A stretch of 58,554 nucleotides of DNA. Source: an uncultured delta proteobacterium (GTDB lineage Bacteria; Desulfobacterota; Binatia; UBA9968). Position numbers and translations under genes: made by a program. A model generated the notes under the pieces. That model ran no database searches. It was not told the DNA's origin and worked only from the letters and a program-made list of their open reading frames with translations. Within the stretch, counting starts at the first letter, position 1. Each line of letters begins with the position of its first letter. Below, one piece after another: positions 11,364-20,885 of this stretch. The DNA lies in the NCBI GenBank assembly GCA_963804165.1, contig CAWDPO010000007.1, forward strand, positions 1 to 58,554, given 5' to 3'.

Positions 11364-12455
11364 ATGATGAAGAATTTAGATCTCAACGAGACATCGGCTT
11401 ATTCACGAAAAAGTCCTTACGACATCTACCAGGAGTGGGAAGGCATTCCGGTTTACAAAGATTTCATTATTCCGGATCTGCTGAAGTTGCAGCTCGGCGA
11501 TTGGACGCGCAGCGGCGGCAAAGCGGCGTTCGTCAACATGGACGGCGCCGGCGGCACTTGCGATACGGTGATCGAGGAAATCGCGCCCGGCGGGCAGCTC
11601 AAACCGGTGCGCCACATGTATGAAAAGGCGATTTTCATTCTCGAGGGCCAGGGCGCGACGACGATCTGGAATGAAGGCGGTAAGAAGCACACGCTCGAGT
11701 GGCAGAAGGGAAGTCTCTTCTCCACGCCGCTCAACACTTGGCATCAACATTTCAACGCTCAAGGCAGCGTCCCTGTGCGGATGATTTCCTTGACCGACGC
11801 GCCGGTGATTATCAATCGCTATCGCAACCTCGACTACATTTTTAATAATAGTTTTATTTTCTCCGATCGTTACAGCGGCGGCGCCGATGAATGGGGTAAA
11901 GGAGGGCGATATGTCCCCGAAGTCAAAAAAGGGCGCGTCTGGGAATCGAACTTCATCGCCGATTTATGGGGCTTTCAACCTATCGAATACAAAGAACGGG
12001 GCGGCGATAACCGGACCACGCTCTTCGAGTTCGTCGATAACACCATGAGCGCGCATCTGTCAGAGTTTCCCGTCGGCAAATACAAAAAGGCCCACCGTCA
12101 CGGCGCGGGAGCGCATATCGTGATGCTCACCGGCGCCGGCTATTCTTTTCTTTGGCGGGAAGGCGAAGACGGCACTAAGAAACGGGTCGAGTGGGGGCGC
12201 ATGAGCATGTTCGTGCCGCCGATGCAGTGGTGGCACCAACATTTTAATCCTGGAGCCGAGCCGGCGCGTTATCTCGCGCTCAAGCCTTGGGGTTCTAAGT
12301 TCAACGTCGAAGATCTCAAGGATACGGGGGAAGACGTAAAGAACGGCGGGGCGCAGATCGAATACGAGGATCAAAATCCGGAGATCCACAAGGTATTTCT
12401 CTCCGAATGCGCGCAGCGCGGCGCCGAAGCGCGCATGCCGATGTTCGGCACGTGA
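11364..12455 (+). CDS. Bicupin protein (gentisate 1,2-dioxygenase-like fold)
   Basis: Intact 363 aa; cupin 1 RHMYE...PLNTWHQHFN; cupin 2 KAHRHGAGAH...PPMQWWHQHFN. Confidence 0.85.
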   Translation: MMKNLDLNETSAYSRKSPYDIYQEWEGIPVYKDFIIPDLLKLQLGDWTRSGGKAAFVNMDGAGGTCDTVIEEIAPGGQLKPVRHMYEKAIFILEGQGATTIWNEGGKKHTLEWQKGSLFSTPLNTWHQHFNAQGSVPVRMISLTDAPVIINRYRNLDYIFNNSFIFSDRYSGGADEWGKGGRYVPEVKKGRVWESNFIADLWGFQPIEYKERGGDNRTTLFEFVDNTMSAHLSEFPVGKYKKAHRHGAGAHIVMLTGAGYSFLWREGEDGTKKRVEWGRMSMFVPPMQWWHQHFNPGAEPARYLALKPWGSKFNVEDLKDTGEDVKNGGAQIEYEDQNPEIHKVFLSECAQRGAEARMPMFGT

Positions 12456-12706
12456 TCTTCGTTAAGTTTTTCACAATGGTCGTAGTCTAGCGGAAGCCGC
12501 TGATAAAATGTGTCACCGGCTTCGCAGTATTGCCTCGTGCACGATTCATTCTATGAATTCACGGCGATCGTGGGCGCGACATCGATGTTGCAGCAGACAT
12601 GTTGGACCGTTTTCGACCTCGAACGGCTCGAGATTTTTCTAGCCAATTCAGGGTGGCTTTGCTACTATAAAAAAGTTATAAAATTACAACCCACGTCAAA
12701 GACTCA

Positions 12707-13078
12707 ATGCAATCAGCGAAAACAACACCGGCGAACGCGGGTTTTACGCTCCTCGAGCTCATGGTCGTTGTCGCTGTTGTGGGGATTCTTGCGGCGATAG
12801 CGATCCAGCAATTCTCCCTCTTCCGTAGCCGGGCGACGGACGCGGCCATGCGTTCCGATCTCAAGAATGCCGCTCTGGCGATGGAGAGTTACTACGGGGA
12901 GTTTCTGGACTACCCCGCTTCGCTGAGTGCGATACAAATCGTGGGCTATAGAAAAACCAGCGGAATGACATTGACGATCAACGTCACGTCGCCGACCACG
13001 TTCACCCTGACCGCAGCGATGCCGAATGGAACTCAGCCTAGTTTTATCTATGACAGCACCACCGGTTTGATCAACTGA
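12707..13078 (+). CDS. Type IV pilin / pseudopilin with prepilin cleavage-methylation motif
   Basis: AG|FTLLELMVVVAVVGILAAIAI with Glu at +5; 123 aa. Confidence 0.9.
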   Translation: MQSAKTTPANAGFTLLELMVVVAVVGILAAIAIQQFSLFRSRATDAAMRSDLKNAALAMESYYGEFLDYPASLSAIQIVGYRKTSGMTLTINVTSPTTFTLTAAMPNGTQPSFIYDSTTGLIN

Positions 13079-13139
13079 TCCTACTTCCGCACAGCCGGCC
13101 ATGATTAAGGTCTAGTTGCGAGCGCTCAGAAGCGCTCGA

Positions 13140-13871
13140 CTATTTCGCCGTGCGCAGGAAAAAGGTTTGTCCGGTTACGAATTTCGTCGCATCAGAGAGC
13201 AGATAGCGCACCAGACCGACGATTTCGAATTTGTGGGTGAGTCCATCCATCAGCGGCGGAATCTCTTCACGTTTTTGGAACTGCTCCTGCGTGTAGCCGA
13301 TTCTGGACATCGGCGTATCGGTTGCGCCGGGGCAAACGCAATTGACCGTGATATTATCGGGCGCCAACTCAACGGCGAGGGATTTAGTGAACGCGATAAC
13401 GCCGGCTTTCGACGCCGCGTAGTGGGCGGAGCGCGGCGCACCGGCGACGCCTCGGCCGGAGGCGATGCTCAGAATACGGCCTTCTTTTCTCGGAATCATG
13501 TGTTTCGCCGCGGCTTGAGCGCAGAGGAACACTCCCTTCAGATTGATTCTCATCAGCCGATCCCAGACTTCTTCCGGCATATCGACGACCGGGACACGAT
13601 CCATCACGCCTGCGCCACAGAAGGCGTAATCGATCTGGCCATATTTGACGATCGCCGTTTGCATCATCTCGGCGACGCTTCGTGGGTCACCGACATCGAC
13701 CTGCACGGCGATCGCATCGCCCTTGTTGCCGCGAATCTCCGCTGCGACTTTCTCCGCTGCTTCCTTCGCGTAGTCGGCGACAACGACGTTCAGGCCATCC
13801 GCGGCCAGCCCGCGGCAGATATCCGAACAAATGCCGCCTGCTCCCCCGGTGACGACGATAGCTTTGCTCAT
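13140..13871 (-). CDS. SDR family oxidoreductase (FabG-like)
   Basis: VVTGGAGGI; YAASK catalytic motif; VNCVCPGATDTPM; KFVTGQ. Confidence 0.92.
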   Translation of the reverse strand: MSKAIVVTGGAGGICSDICRGLAADGLNVVVADYAKEAAEKVAAEIRGNKGDAIAVQVDVGDPRSVAEMMQTAIVKYGQIDYAFCGAGVMDRVPVVDMPEEVWDRLMRINLKGVFLCAQAAAKHMIPRKEGRILSIASGRGVAGAPRSAHYAASKAGVIAFTKSLAVELAPDNITVNCVCPGATDTPMSRIGYTQEQFQKREEIPPLMDGLTHKFEIVGLVRYLLSDATKFVTGQTFFLRTAK

Positions 13872-14033
13872 GATAAGCGCTCCTTGTGATTTCCTTGGTG
13901 AAGCTATCATTGGAAAATTGGGCGGTCAACTTTTGTGGCCACTGCAGAGCGCCGCCGCAGACAATCGGCAAGCCTCTTGAGAGCGAAGGAGAAATCAATT
14001 CAATCCTGCGAGCGTCACCACGCTTTTCACGGC

Positions 14034-14869
14034 TTAATCAGCTGGCTTTGTCCCTAACGCAAATAAAGCGCGACTGACTTTGTGAAAGCCATCTGACTGT
14101 TTAAGCATTTGTAATTTTCTAAAAACTTCACTCTTCGCCTGTTCGAGCAGGTCCGGCGTCATTTTCTCCAATTGCCGTCGTATTCCAGCCGACCACAGAG
14201 ACAACCAAGACTCTTCCTCGCTTGCATAGATAAAATCATTTTGTTCGTCGGTAATCCGGATGTCTTCGAAACCGGCTTGTTGTAACACGGTTTTTATCTG
14301 TAACGGTGTGTCAAACCTAACTTCAAACTTCGCTGGCAAATCCTTTGCCGCCGGCGCATACACAAATGGTCTAAGCACCTCTTGACACCAAAGTTGGTAT
14401 GGATTGTCCGCGGCCCAGGTGCTAAGCGCAACGTGCCCGCCGCCCCTTAGTACGCGGTGAAACTCTTGCAGAACCCGCCCCGGATCATTGAACATCCAAA
14501 GCGCAAAGCCGCACAGTACATAATCGAAGGACGCACCCGCGAACTTCATTTGTTCCGCGTCCATCTGCTCGATTTCAGCGTTAGGTAGTTTTCGGCTTTC
14601 TATGTCATTGGCTGTCTCACGCACCATGTTCGGGGCAAAGTCGATTCCGGTGACGTGTCCAGTTGATCCGACCCTCGTTGCTGCTGAAAAACAACGCCTC
14701 TCCCAGCGGCCACGTCGAGCACATTGGCACCGTTCGGGATTTCGGCGACATCAATAAGCCGTTGACCGAAGTACGAAAAAATCCCCGGGCCGATTCGATC
14801 ATACATAGGCGCTGCTTGATTGAATACGCGTAGGCTTTCTTCCCGCTTCTCGATAGTTTTGTCCGCCAT
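14034..14869 (-). CDS. Class I SAM-dependent methyltransferase (UbiE-like), split by indels
   Basis: VLDVAAGRG; MDAEQMKF..ASFDYVLCGFAL; EFHRVLRGGG. Confidence 0.88.
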
Positions 14870-15137
14870 TACTACCTCATCGCGATCATGAATAAAGTAA
14901 CAATCCGATCTCGTTGTTGGCACTTAACGACGAGAGCAATGCTTACCCAACTCTTGATGCTACCATGAACAAAGAAGTTGAGAACAGTGTCATTTACAGA
15001 AGACCGGCAACCCGATTGCCGGGGAGAAGGCCAAATTCGGTCTAAGATTGAACTGAACGACGCGTCAGATTGATCTCATAGAATTAGGCGATGGAGAATT
15101 CAATTCAATCCTGGCATGGTCGCTTCGTTTTCGTCGA

Positions 15138-16124
15138 TCATTTAATTACTTTGTCCGCCCGCCCCAACACTCTCTGCGGAATCGTAAGACCGATCTGTTT
15201 CGCCGTCTTGAGATTAATCACGAAGTCGAATTTCGTCGGTTGCTCGACAGGAAGGTCGGCGGGCTTGGCACCTTTGAGAATCTTGTCAACATAATATGCG
15301 GCCCGCCCATAGCTCCACTCTTGATCGGTCGCATAGGACATCAGGCACCCAGCCTCAACATAAAGCTTCCTCTCGCACATGGATGGGACTTGAAGCTTGA
15401 TAGCGAGGTCGGCAATTCGATTTCTGTGACGGTCCAGCAGGGAGTTCCTTGCGGTAATCAGCGCATGAACGCGCGCTTTGGTCGCATCGTTTAATATCGC
15501 CTCAAAATCGGCCGTCGGGCTCCACGGCACTTCTAGCGATTGAAGCTGTATCTTGAGGGCGTGTGCTGCCGATTCATACTCCTTAAAGGCTTGATGCGGT
15601 CCTGGAGTGTCCGGATTCAAGAGAACGCCGAGACGTGTTATGCGAGGCTTTACTTCCTTGAGCAGTTCCAGGCGTTTCCCGCTTAAATCCCGCTCGAGAG
15701 TCGTAATCCCCGTGAAGTTCCCGCCTGGATGTGCCAAGCTATCGACAATCCCAGTGGCTACCGGATCGAACGACGCGACCATGACAATGGGGATCGTGCT
15801 AGTTGCCTTTTTAGCGGCGCGGACGGCTGGTAGACCCGGGATAACAAGAACATCGAGTTTGAGTCGGACTAGCTCGTTTAGCAGGTCCGGTATCCGGTCA
15901 AGCTTTGCTTCTGCGGAGCGAAACTCGATTGCGATGTTTTTGCCCTCGATATAGCCGATGTCCCGCAGACCTTGCTTGAACGCCACAAAAGTAACATTGT
16001 TCACGCTACTGCTGACTGTCATATATCCTATCCTAGGAATTTTTCCCGGCTGCTGCGATTCTGCGAACGAGCAAGGCGCAAAGAGCATGACGCCTAGCGT
16101 GAACGTAGTGATTCCTTTTCTCAT
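15138..16124 (-). CDS. PF04392-type ABC substrate-binding protein, array copy 1
   Basis: QQPGKIPRIGY; DPVATGIVDSLAHPGGNFTG; KRLELLKE; [33 protein letters not shown]. Confidence 0.9.
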   Translation of the reverse strand: MRKGITTFTLGVMLFAPCSFAESQQPGKIPRIGYMTVSSSVNNVTFVAFKQGLRDIGYIEGKNIAIEFRSAEAKLDRIPDLLNELVRLKLDVLVIPGLPAVRAAKKATSTIPIVMVASFDPVATGIVDSLAHPGGNFTGITTLERDLSGKRLELLKEVKPRITRLGVLLNPDTPGPHQAFKEYESAAHALKIQLQSLEVPWSPTADFEAILNDATKARVHALITARNSLLDRHRNRIADLAIKLQVPSMCERKLYVEAGCLMSYATDQEWSYGRAAYYVDKILKGAKPADLPVEQPTKFDFVINLKTAKQIGLTIPQRVLGRADKVIK

Positions 16125-16219
16125 GGATCTACTCCCCGTTTTTCCACCTAGCCGCTGCCTCACCACGATCCGCTTCCTGCCAGGAAAATACATATTAATC
16201 ATCGGCGCCGTGCGTCTGA

Positions 16220-16270
16220 TCACTTGATCACTGGATCCGCACGCGCCAGCAGTTCGGTGGAACCATACCG
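16220..16270 (-). pseudogene. Isolated 3'-end remnant of a PF04392-type gene
   Basis: Minus strand reads VPPN(x)LARADPVIK-stop, matching the array C-terminus [14 protein letters not shown]-stop. Confidence 0.7.
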
Positions 16271-16294
16271 ATTTTGGATTTTGGATTTTGGATT
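16271..16294 (-). repeat. Heptamer tandem repeat (AATCCAA)x3
   Basis: attttgg attttgg attttgg att on + strand. Confidence 0.8.
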
Positions 16295-16299
16295 GCGGG

Positions 16300-17297
16300 T
16301 CATCGGATCACTTTGTCCGCTCTGGCCAGTACATTCGGGGGAATCGTCACGCCGATCTGCTTGGCGGTTTTCAGATTGATCACCAGCTCGAACTTTGTCG
16401 GTTGTTCGACGGGAAGATCGGCAGGCTTGGCGCCTTTCAGAATTTTGTCCACGTAATAGCGACGCGCCGGTAGCTGTCCGCGAGGTCCCGGCCGTAGGAC
16501 ATGAGCCCGCCGGCCTCTACAGATGCTCTGCCGGTGATGTCGACGGCAACCGGCTCTTTAACGCAAAGCCCACGATTCGTTTTCCGTTAGCACGCATTAG
16601 CGGGCCCGCGGTGAGCGCGTAGAGTCCATCCGGGCGCTGCTTGTTTAGCGCAGCAAAGACCTTCTCGAAGTCGTCCACCGCTCGTATCTCCCAAGGTTGA
16701 ATAGTCAACTTTAGCGCACGCGCGTCGGCTGGGAGAAGCTCTTTCACCTCGTGTAAACTGGGCGGATCGGCCGGATCGTAGAGAACCGCGACACGGGCAA
16801 GTTTGGGAACCGCTTCTTTGAGCAGCTCCAGCCGCTTCCCGCCTAGTTCTCTGTTAAGGGCTGTAAGGCCGGTGACGTTGCCGCCGGGACGAGCAAGGCT
16901 TTCAACGAAGCCTGCCCTAACAGGATCGGACCCAAGGCCCATCATAACGATGGGAATCGTCTTGGTTGCATTCTTGGCCGCCTGGATCGCACGGGTCCCC
17001 TGACGCTACCACGATGATATCAACCTTGAGACGCACAAGCTCCGCCGCAAGCTCAGGCTCCCGATCGGGCCTTCCCCTCCGCATATCGGTACTCGATGGC
17101 GATGTTCTGTCCTTCTATGTAGCCAAGCTCGCGCAGAGCTAGCCGAATTCCCTCGGCGCGGGCGGAGTCAGTAGCTGCATCGGTATTTGATAGATACCCT
17201 AACCGAGAGACTTTCTTCGGCTGCTGCGCCTCGAGCCGTCACTCCAACAGAAAGCAGCATCATTGCAACCAGATGATAGCGCTGCAGCTTTCTTCAT
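16300..17297 (-). CDS. PF04392-type ABC substrate-binding protein, array copy 2, split by indels
   Basis: [14 protein letters not shown]; [21 protein letters not shown]; ends [12 protein letters not shown]. Confidence 0.88.
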
Positions 17298-17308
17298 AGC
17301 GCACCTGT

Positions 17309-17412
17309 TTAGATTTTTTGATTTTGCCGATTTTAGATTGTCGGAACAAGAATTCCCGGAGAGGCGGAGCGAGGTCTTTTCTTTCATGTGGTTTATCTCA
17401 ATCCAAAATCCA
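17309..17412. repeat. Heptamer-derived repeats in both orientations between array copies 3 and 2
   Basis: Minus strand tccgac-aatctaa-aatcggc-aaaatcaa-aaaatctaa; plus strand caatccaaaatcca near 17400. Confidence 0.6.
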
Positions 17413-17443
17413 GATCCATCTAGCGCCGCAATCCAACCACCAA

Positions 17444-18460
17444 TCATTTAATGACTCGATCCGCTCGCGCCAGCACATTCGGCGGGATCGTCAGACCGAT
17501 CTGCTTGCCGTGTTCAGGTTAATCATCAACTCAAACTTAGTCGGTTGCTCCACCGGTAGCTCCGCAGGCTTCGCGCCTTTGAGAATTTTGTCAACATACA
17601 TAGCTGCGCGGCGCCACAAGATCGTCGCCAGACTTGCTCCGTAGAACATTAGGCCACCAACATCAAAAAATTCCCTGTGCGGGTACATTGTCGGCAACCG
17701 CCTCTTGGCTGTAAGCGCCACGATTCGTTCTCTTTGACTAACAAACATTGGTCCGGCAGTACCATTAACGCCCTGGCTCCATCGCGGGATATCGCCTCAA
17801 AAGCTTTCTCTAATTCGACTGGATCTCGGACCTCATGGATTCGAACGTGAACTCCCAGTGCTCGCGCGGCAATCTCCACACCTTTTAGCGATAGCTCACT
17901 GTCTGGATTTTCTGGATTCGAGAGGACGGCAACTCGTGGACCTTGGGAACAACTTCCTTGAGCACCTCCAATCGTTTCCCGGCTAACTCTTGTCCCAGAG
18001 CAGTCACCCCCGTGACGTTCCCGCCAGGCCGCGCGAGGCTAGCGACGAGTCCGCTCGCGACAGGGTCACCGGTAGTTACTATAACGATGGGAATCGCGCC
18101 GGTGGCGTTCTTCGCAGCCATTGCCCCGGGCGTTGATCCGACGACCATCACGTCCACGTTAAGATGGACTAGCTCAACAGGCTATGGCTGTGAGGAGTTC
18201 GACTTTGCCTTCGGCATACCGCATCGCAAGGGTAAGGTTCCTGTGTCTCGACGTACCCGTGTTCGCGTAGCCCTTGTTGAAACGCTTCGACGAGGTGAGC
18301 TGTTGCAGGCGCGCTAGCGGGAAGAAAAATGCCTATCCGCGGGACCTTCTTCGGCTGCTGCGCGTGAGCAAAAGAGTAAAGTGCAAGAAGCATAAAGCAA
18401 AGAGTAACACCGAAGAGAGTCCGCGCTGACTCCTGACCACTGACGATTGACCACTCTCAT
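17444..18460 (-). CDS. PF04392-type ABC substrate-binding protein, array copy 3, split by indels
   Basis: AQQPKKVPRIGIF; [22 protein letters not shown]; [26 protein letters not shown]. Confidence 0.88.
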
Positions 18461-18498
18461 CGAATCTTTCCCCCGCCTTTACGCCTTACCACTCATCC

Positions 18499-19482
18499 TT
18501 ACCGTATTACTTTGTCCGCTCTCGCCAGCACGTTCGCCGGGATTGTCAGGCCGATCTGTTTCGCGGCTTTCAGATTGATGATGAACTCGAACTTGGTCGG
18601 TTGTTCCACTGGCAGGTCGCCCGGCTTGGCACCTTTGAAAACTTTATCGACGTAAGTTGCAGCGCGCCGGAATAGGTCTGTATTACTCGGACTGTAACTC
18701 ATCAGCCCGCCGGTCTCGACGTGATCCGGTCCCCTATAGATTGTAGGCAAGCGATTTTTTGACGCTAGCTCTACGACTAGCGCTCGATGAGAAATCATGA
18801 TGGGATTTATGAGCACGAGGATTGCGTCAGCGCGGCCCTTGCTCGCGGCTCGAAAAGCGGAATCAATTTCGTTGGGGCTGCGCACATCAAGATATTGCAA
18901 CTGTACCCCAAACGTCTGTGCCGCCAGTTCCGTTTCTTTCAATGATTGAGCATTTCCCGCGAGAGCCGAATTGCCCAGGATTGCCAAGCGCGAGAGCCGA
19001 GGAACGATCTCTCTCAAAATTTCCAGCTGCTTACCGCTGAGCTCCGGGGCAAGAGTGGACAGTCCGGTGATGTTTCCGCCGGGTCGCGCCAAACTGGCAA
19101 CCAGTCCTGATCCAACAGGGTCACTATCCTGCGTCATGACTATTGGAATCGTCGAAGTGACTTCTTTGATGGGACGGGTAACTGCAGGGCCTCCCGAGAC
19201 CATGACTGCTACTTTGAGTTGCACGAGCTCAGTGGCAAGATTGCGCAGATAATCCATTTTTCCTTCCGCGTAGCGAGACTCAATAGAGATGTTTTTACCC
19301 TCCACGTACCCAAGTTCACGCAAACCCTCTTTGAAGGCCGCAAGGCGGCTCGACATGGCGGAAGAAGATGCAGCGCTTAGAAATCCTATGTGGTGCACTT
19401 TCAACGGCTGCTGCGCCTGGACGGGGGAGGCAGTTATCAGCAAGGCAGTTGCCAGTAGCCAGCCAAAGATTTTTGCGCGCAT
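18499..19482 (-). CDS. PF04392-type ABC substrate-binding protein, array copy 4 (intact)
   Basis: 327 aa with signal peptide; [21 protein letters not shown]; [14 protein letters not shown]. Confidence 0.92.
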   Translation of the reverse strand: MRAKIFGWLLATALLITASPVQAQQPLKVHHIGFLSAASSSAMSSRLAAFKEGLRELGYVEGKNISIESRYAEGKMDYLRNLATELVQLKVAVMVSGGPAVTRPIKEVTSTIPIVMTQDSDPVGSGLVASLARPGGNITGLSTLAPELSGKQLEILREIVPRLSRLAILGNSALAGNAQSLKETELAAQTFGVQLQYLDVRSPNEIDSAFRAASKGRADAILVLINPIMISHRALVVELASKNRLPTIYRGPDHVETGGLMSYSPSNTDLFRRAATYVDKVFKGAKPGDLPVEQPTKFEFIINLKAAKQIGLTIPANVLARADKVIR

Positions 19483-19531
19483 CGGATTCGTTTCTGTTTT
19501 TGTGCTCGCGCCTTTGCCTCAAGCTTCACGT

Positions 19532-20526
19532 CTATCGAATAACCCGGTCCGCTCTCGCCAGCACGTTCGGCGGAATCGTCAGACCGATCTGTTTGGCAGT
19601 TTTCAGATTGATCACCAGCTCGAACTTCGTTGGCCGCTCTACTGGCAGATCGGCAGGCTTGGCGCCTTTCAGGATTTTGTCCACGTAGATAGCGACGCGC
19701 CGGTAATTGTCCGCTTGGTCCGCCCGTAGGACATGAGGCCACCGGCATCTACAGCTTCTCTGCTGCTGTACACCGACGGTAGCCGGCTCTTTAACGCAAA
19801 GCCCGCGATTCGTTTTCGGTTAGGACGCATTACCGGGCCCGCGGTGAGCGGGTAGAGTCCATCCGGGCGCTGCTTGTTTAGCGCAGCAAAGACCTTCTCG
19901 AAGTCGTCCACCGCTCGTATCTCCCAAGGTTGAATAGTCAGCTTTAGCGCACGCGCGTCGGCTGGGAGAAGCTCTTTTACCTCGTGTAAACTGGGCGGAT
20001 TGGCCGGATCGTAGAGAACCGCGACACGGGAAAGTTTGGGTACCGCTTCTTTGAGCAGCTCCAGCCGCTTCCCGCCTAGTTCTCTGTTAAGGCTTGTGAG
20101 GCCGGTGACATTGCCGCCGGGACGAGCAAGGCTTTCAACATGGCCTGCCCTAACAGGATCGGATCCTTGGCCCATCATAACGATGGGAATCGTCTTGGTT
20201 GCATTCTTGGCCGCCTGGATCGTCACGTCTCCTGTCGATACCACGATGATATCAACCTTCAGACGCACCAGCTCCGCCGCAAGCCCAGACTCCCGATCTC
20301 GCCTCCCCTCCGCAAATCGGTACTCCATGGCGATGTTCTGTCCTTCTATGTAGCCAAGATCGCGCAGAGCTAGCCGAATTCCCTCGACGCGGGCGGAGTC
20401 AGTAGCCGGATCGGCATTTGATAGATACCCTAACCGAGAGACTTTCTTCGGCTGCTGCGCCTCGGCGGAAAAGCAAAGCGCAAAGAGCATAACGCAAACC
20501 ACGCGAGCAAAGACTTGTGATCTCAT
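19532..20526 (-). CDS. PF04392-type ABC substrate-binding protein, array copy 5, one indel near 3' end
   Basis: MRSQVF...[16 protein letters not shown]; ends [12 protein letters not shown]; core nearly identical to copy 2. Confidence 0.9.
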
Positions 20527-20885
20527 GAATTTTCTCTCACTTGAATTGTCTGCGCTCCCCCGTTCGAAGTGCGTTAACTTACCGCCGCGGATCGCTTGCT
20601 GTCCAGAGCTATTCGGCCTGCGATAGCGCAAACTCTGTACCAGTCATATAGGAATTGGTCGGAGACCAGCTAACTTTAGGAAATTGAAAGAAAAAGGCTA
20701 TCTGAGAAAGTCGTGGAGAGGTTGTGACAAAGAATCAAGCGTATCAAGCTGACTACACCCCCGTATCAAATTTGATGCAGTAGGGTGCTGAGACAGCAGC
20801 AAGTAGTTTGACTGTAACCGTGATTGCTGGCGCGGCAAATTTTCGAGGCTTTTACGAGCAGGGCTGCGATTGGACTGAACAAGAA

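Noticed and set aside
10382-11386. Long antisense ORFs such as 10382..11386, 13116..13889, 1098..1895 and 56188..57021
   Set aside because: They are shadow frames of well-supported genes on the opposite strand, expected in high-GC DNA, and have no recognisable motifs.
12600-12706. Sigma-54 promoter for the pilin gene
   Set aside because: TGGC and TTGC are present but not at the required GG-N10-GC spacing.
16271-18500. CRISPR array
   Set aside because: Repeats are 7-mers in direct tandem without unique spacers, and no cas genes are present.
15091-19729. Repeated small + strand ORFs (ITLSA...GIV.PIC.AV.RLIT...) as a peptide family
   Set aside because: They are the reverse complement of the conserved 3' end of the binding-protein paralogs.
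16300-20526. Diversity-generating retroelement (template/variable repeat pair) for copies 2 and 5
   Set aside because: No reverse transcriptase in the window, the repeat covers most of a gene, and differences are not limited to adenines (for example GTC versus GCC).
15138-20526. Integron cassette array
   Set aside because: No integrase and no recognisable attC (RYYYAAC...GTTRRRY) structures between the genes.
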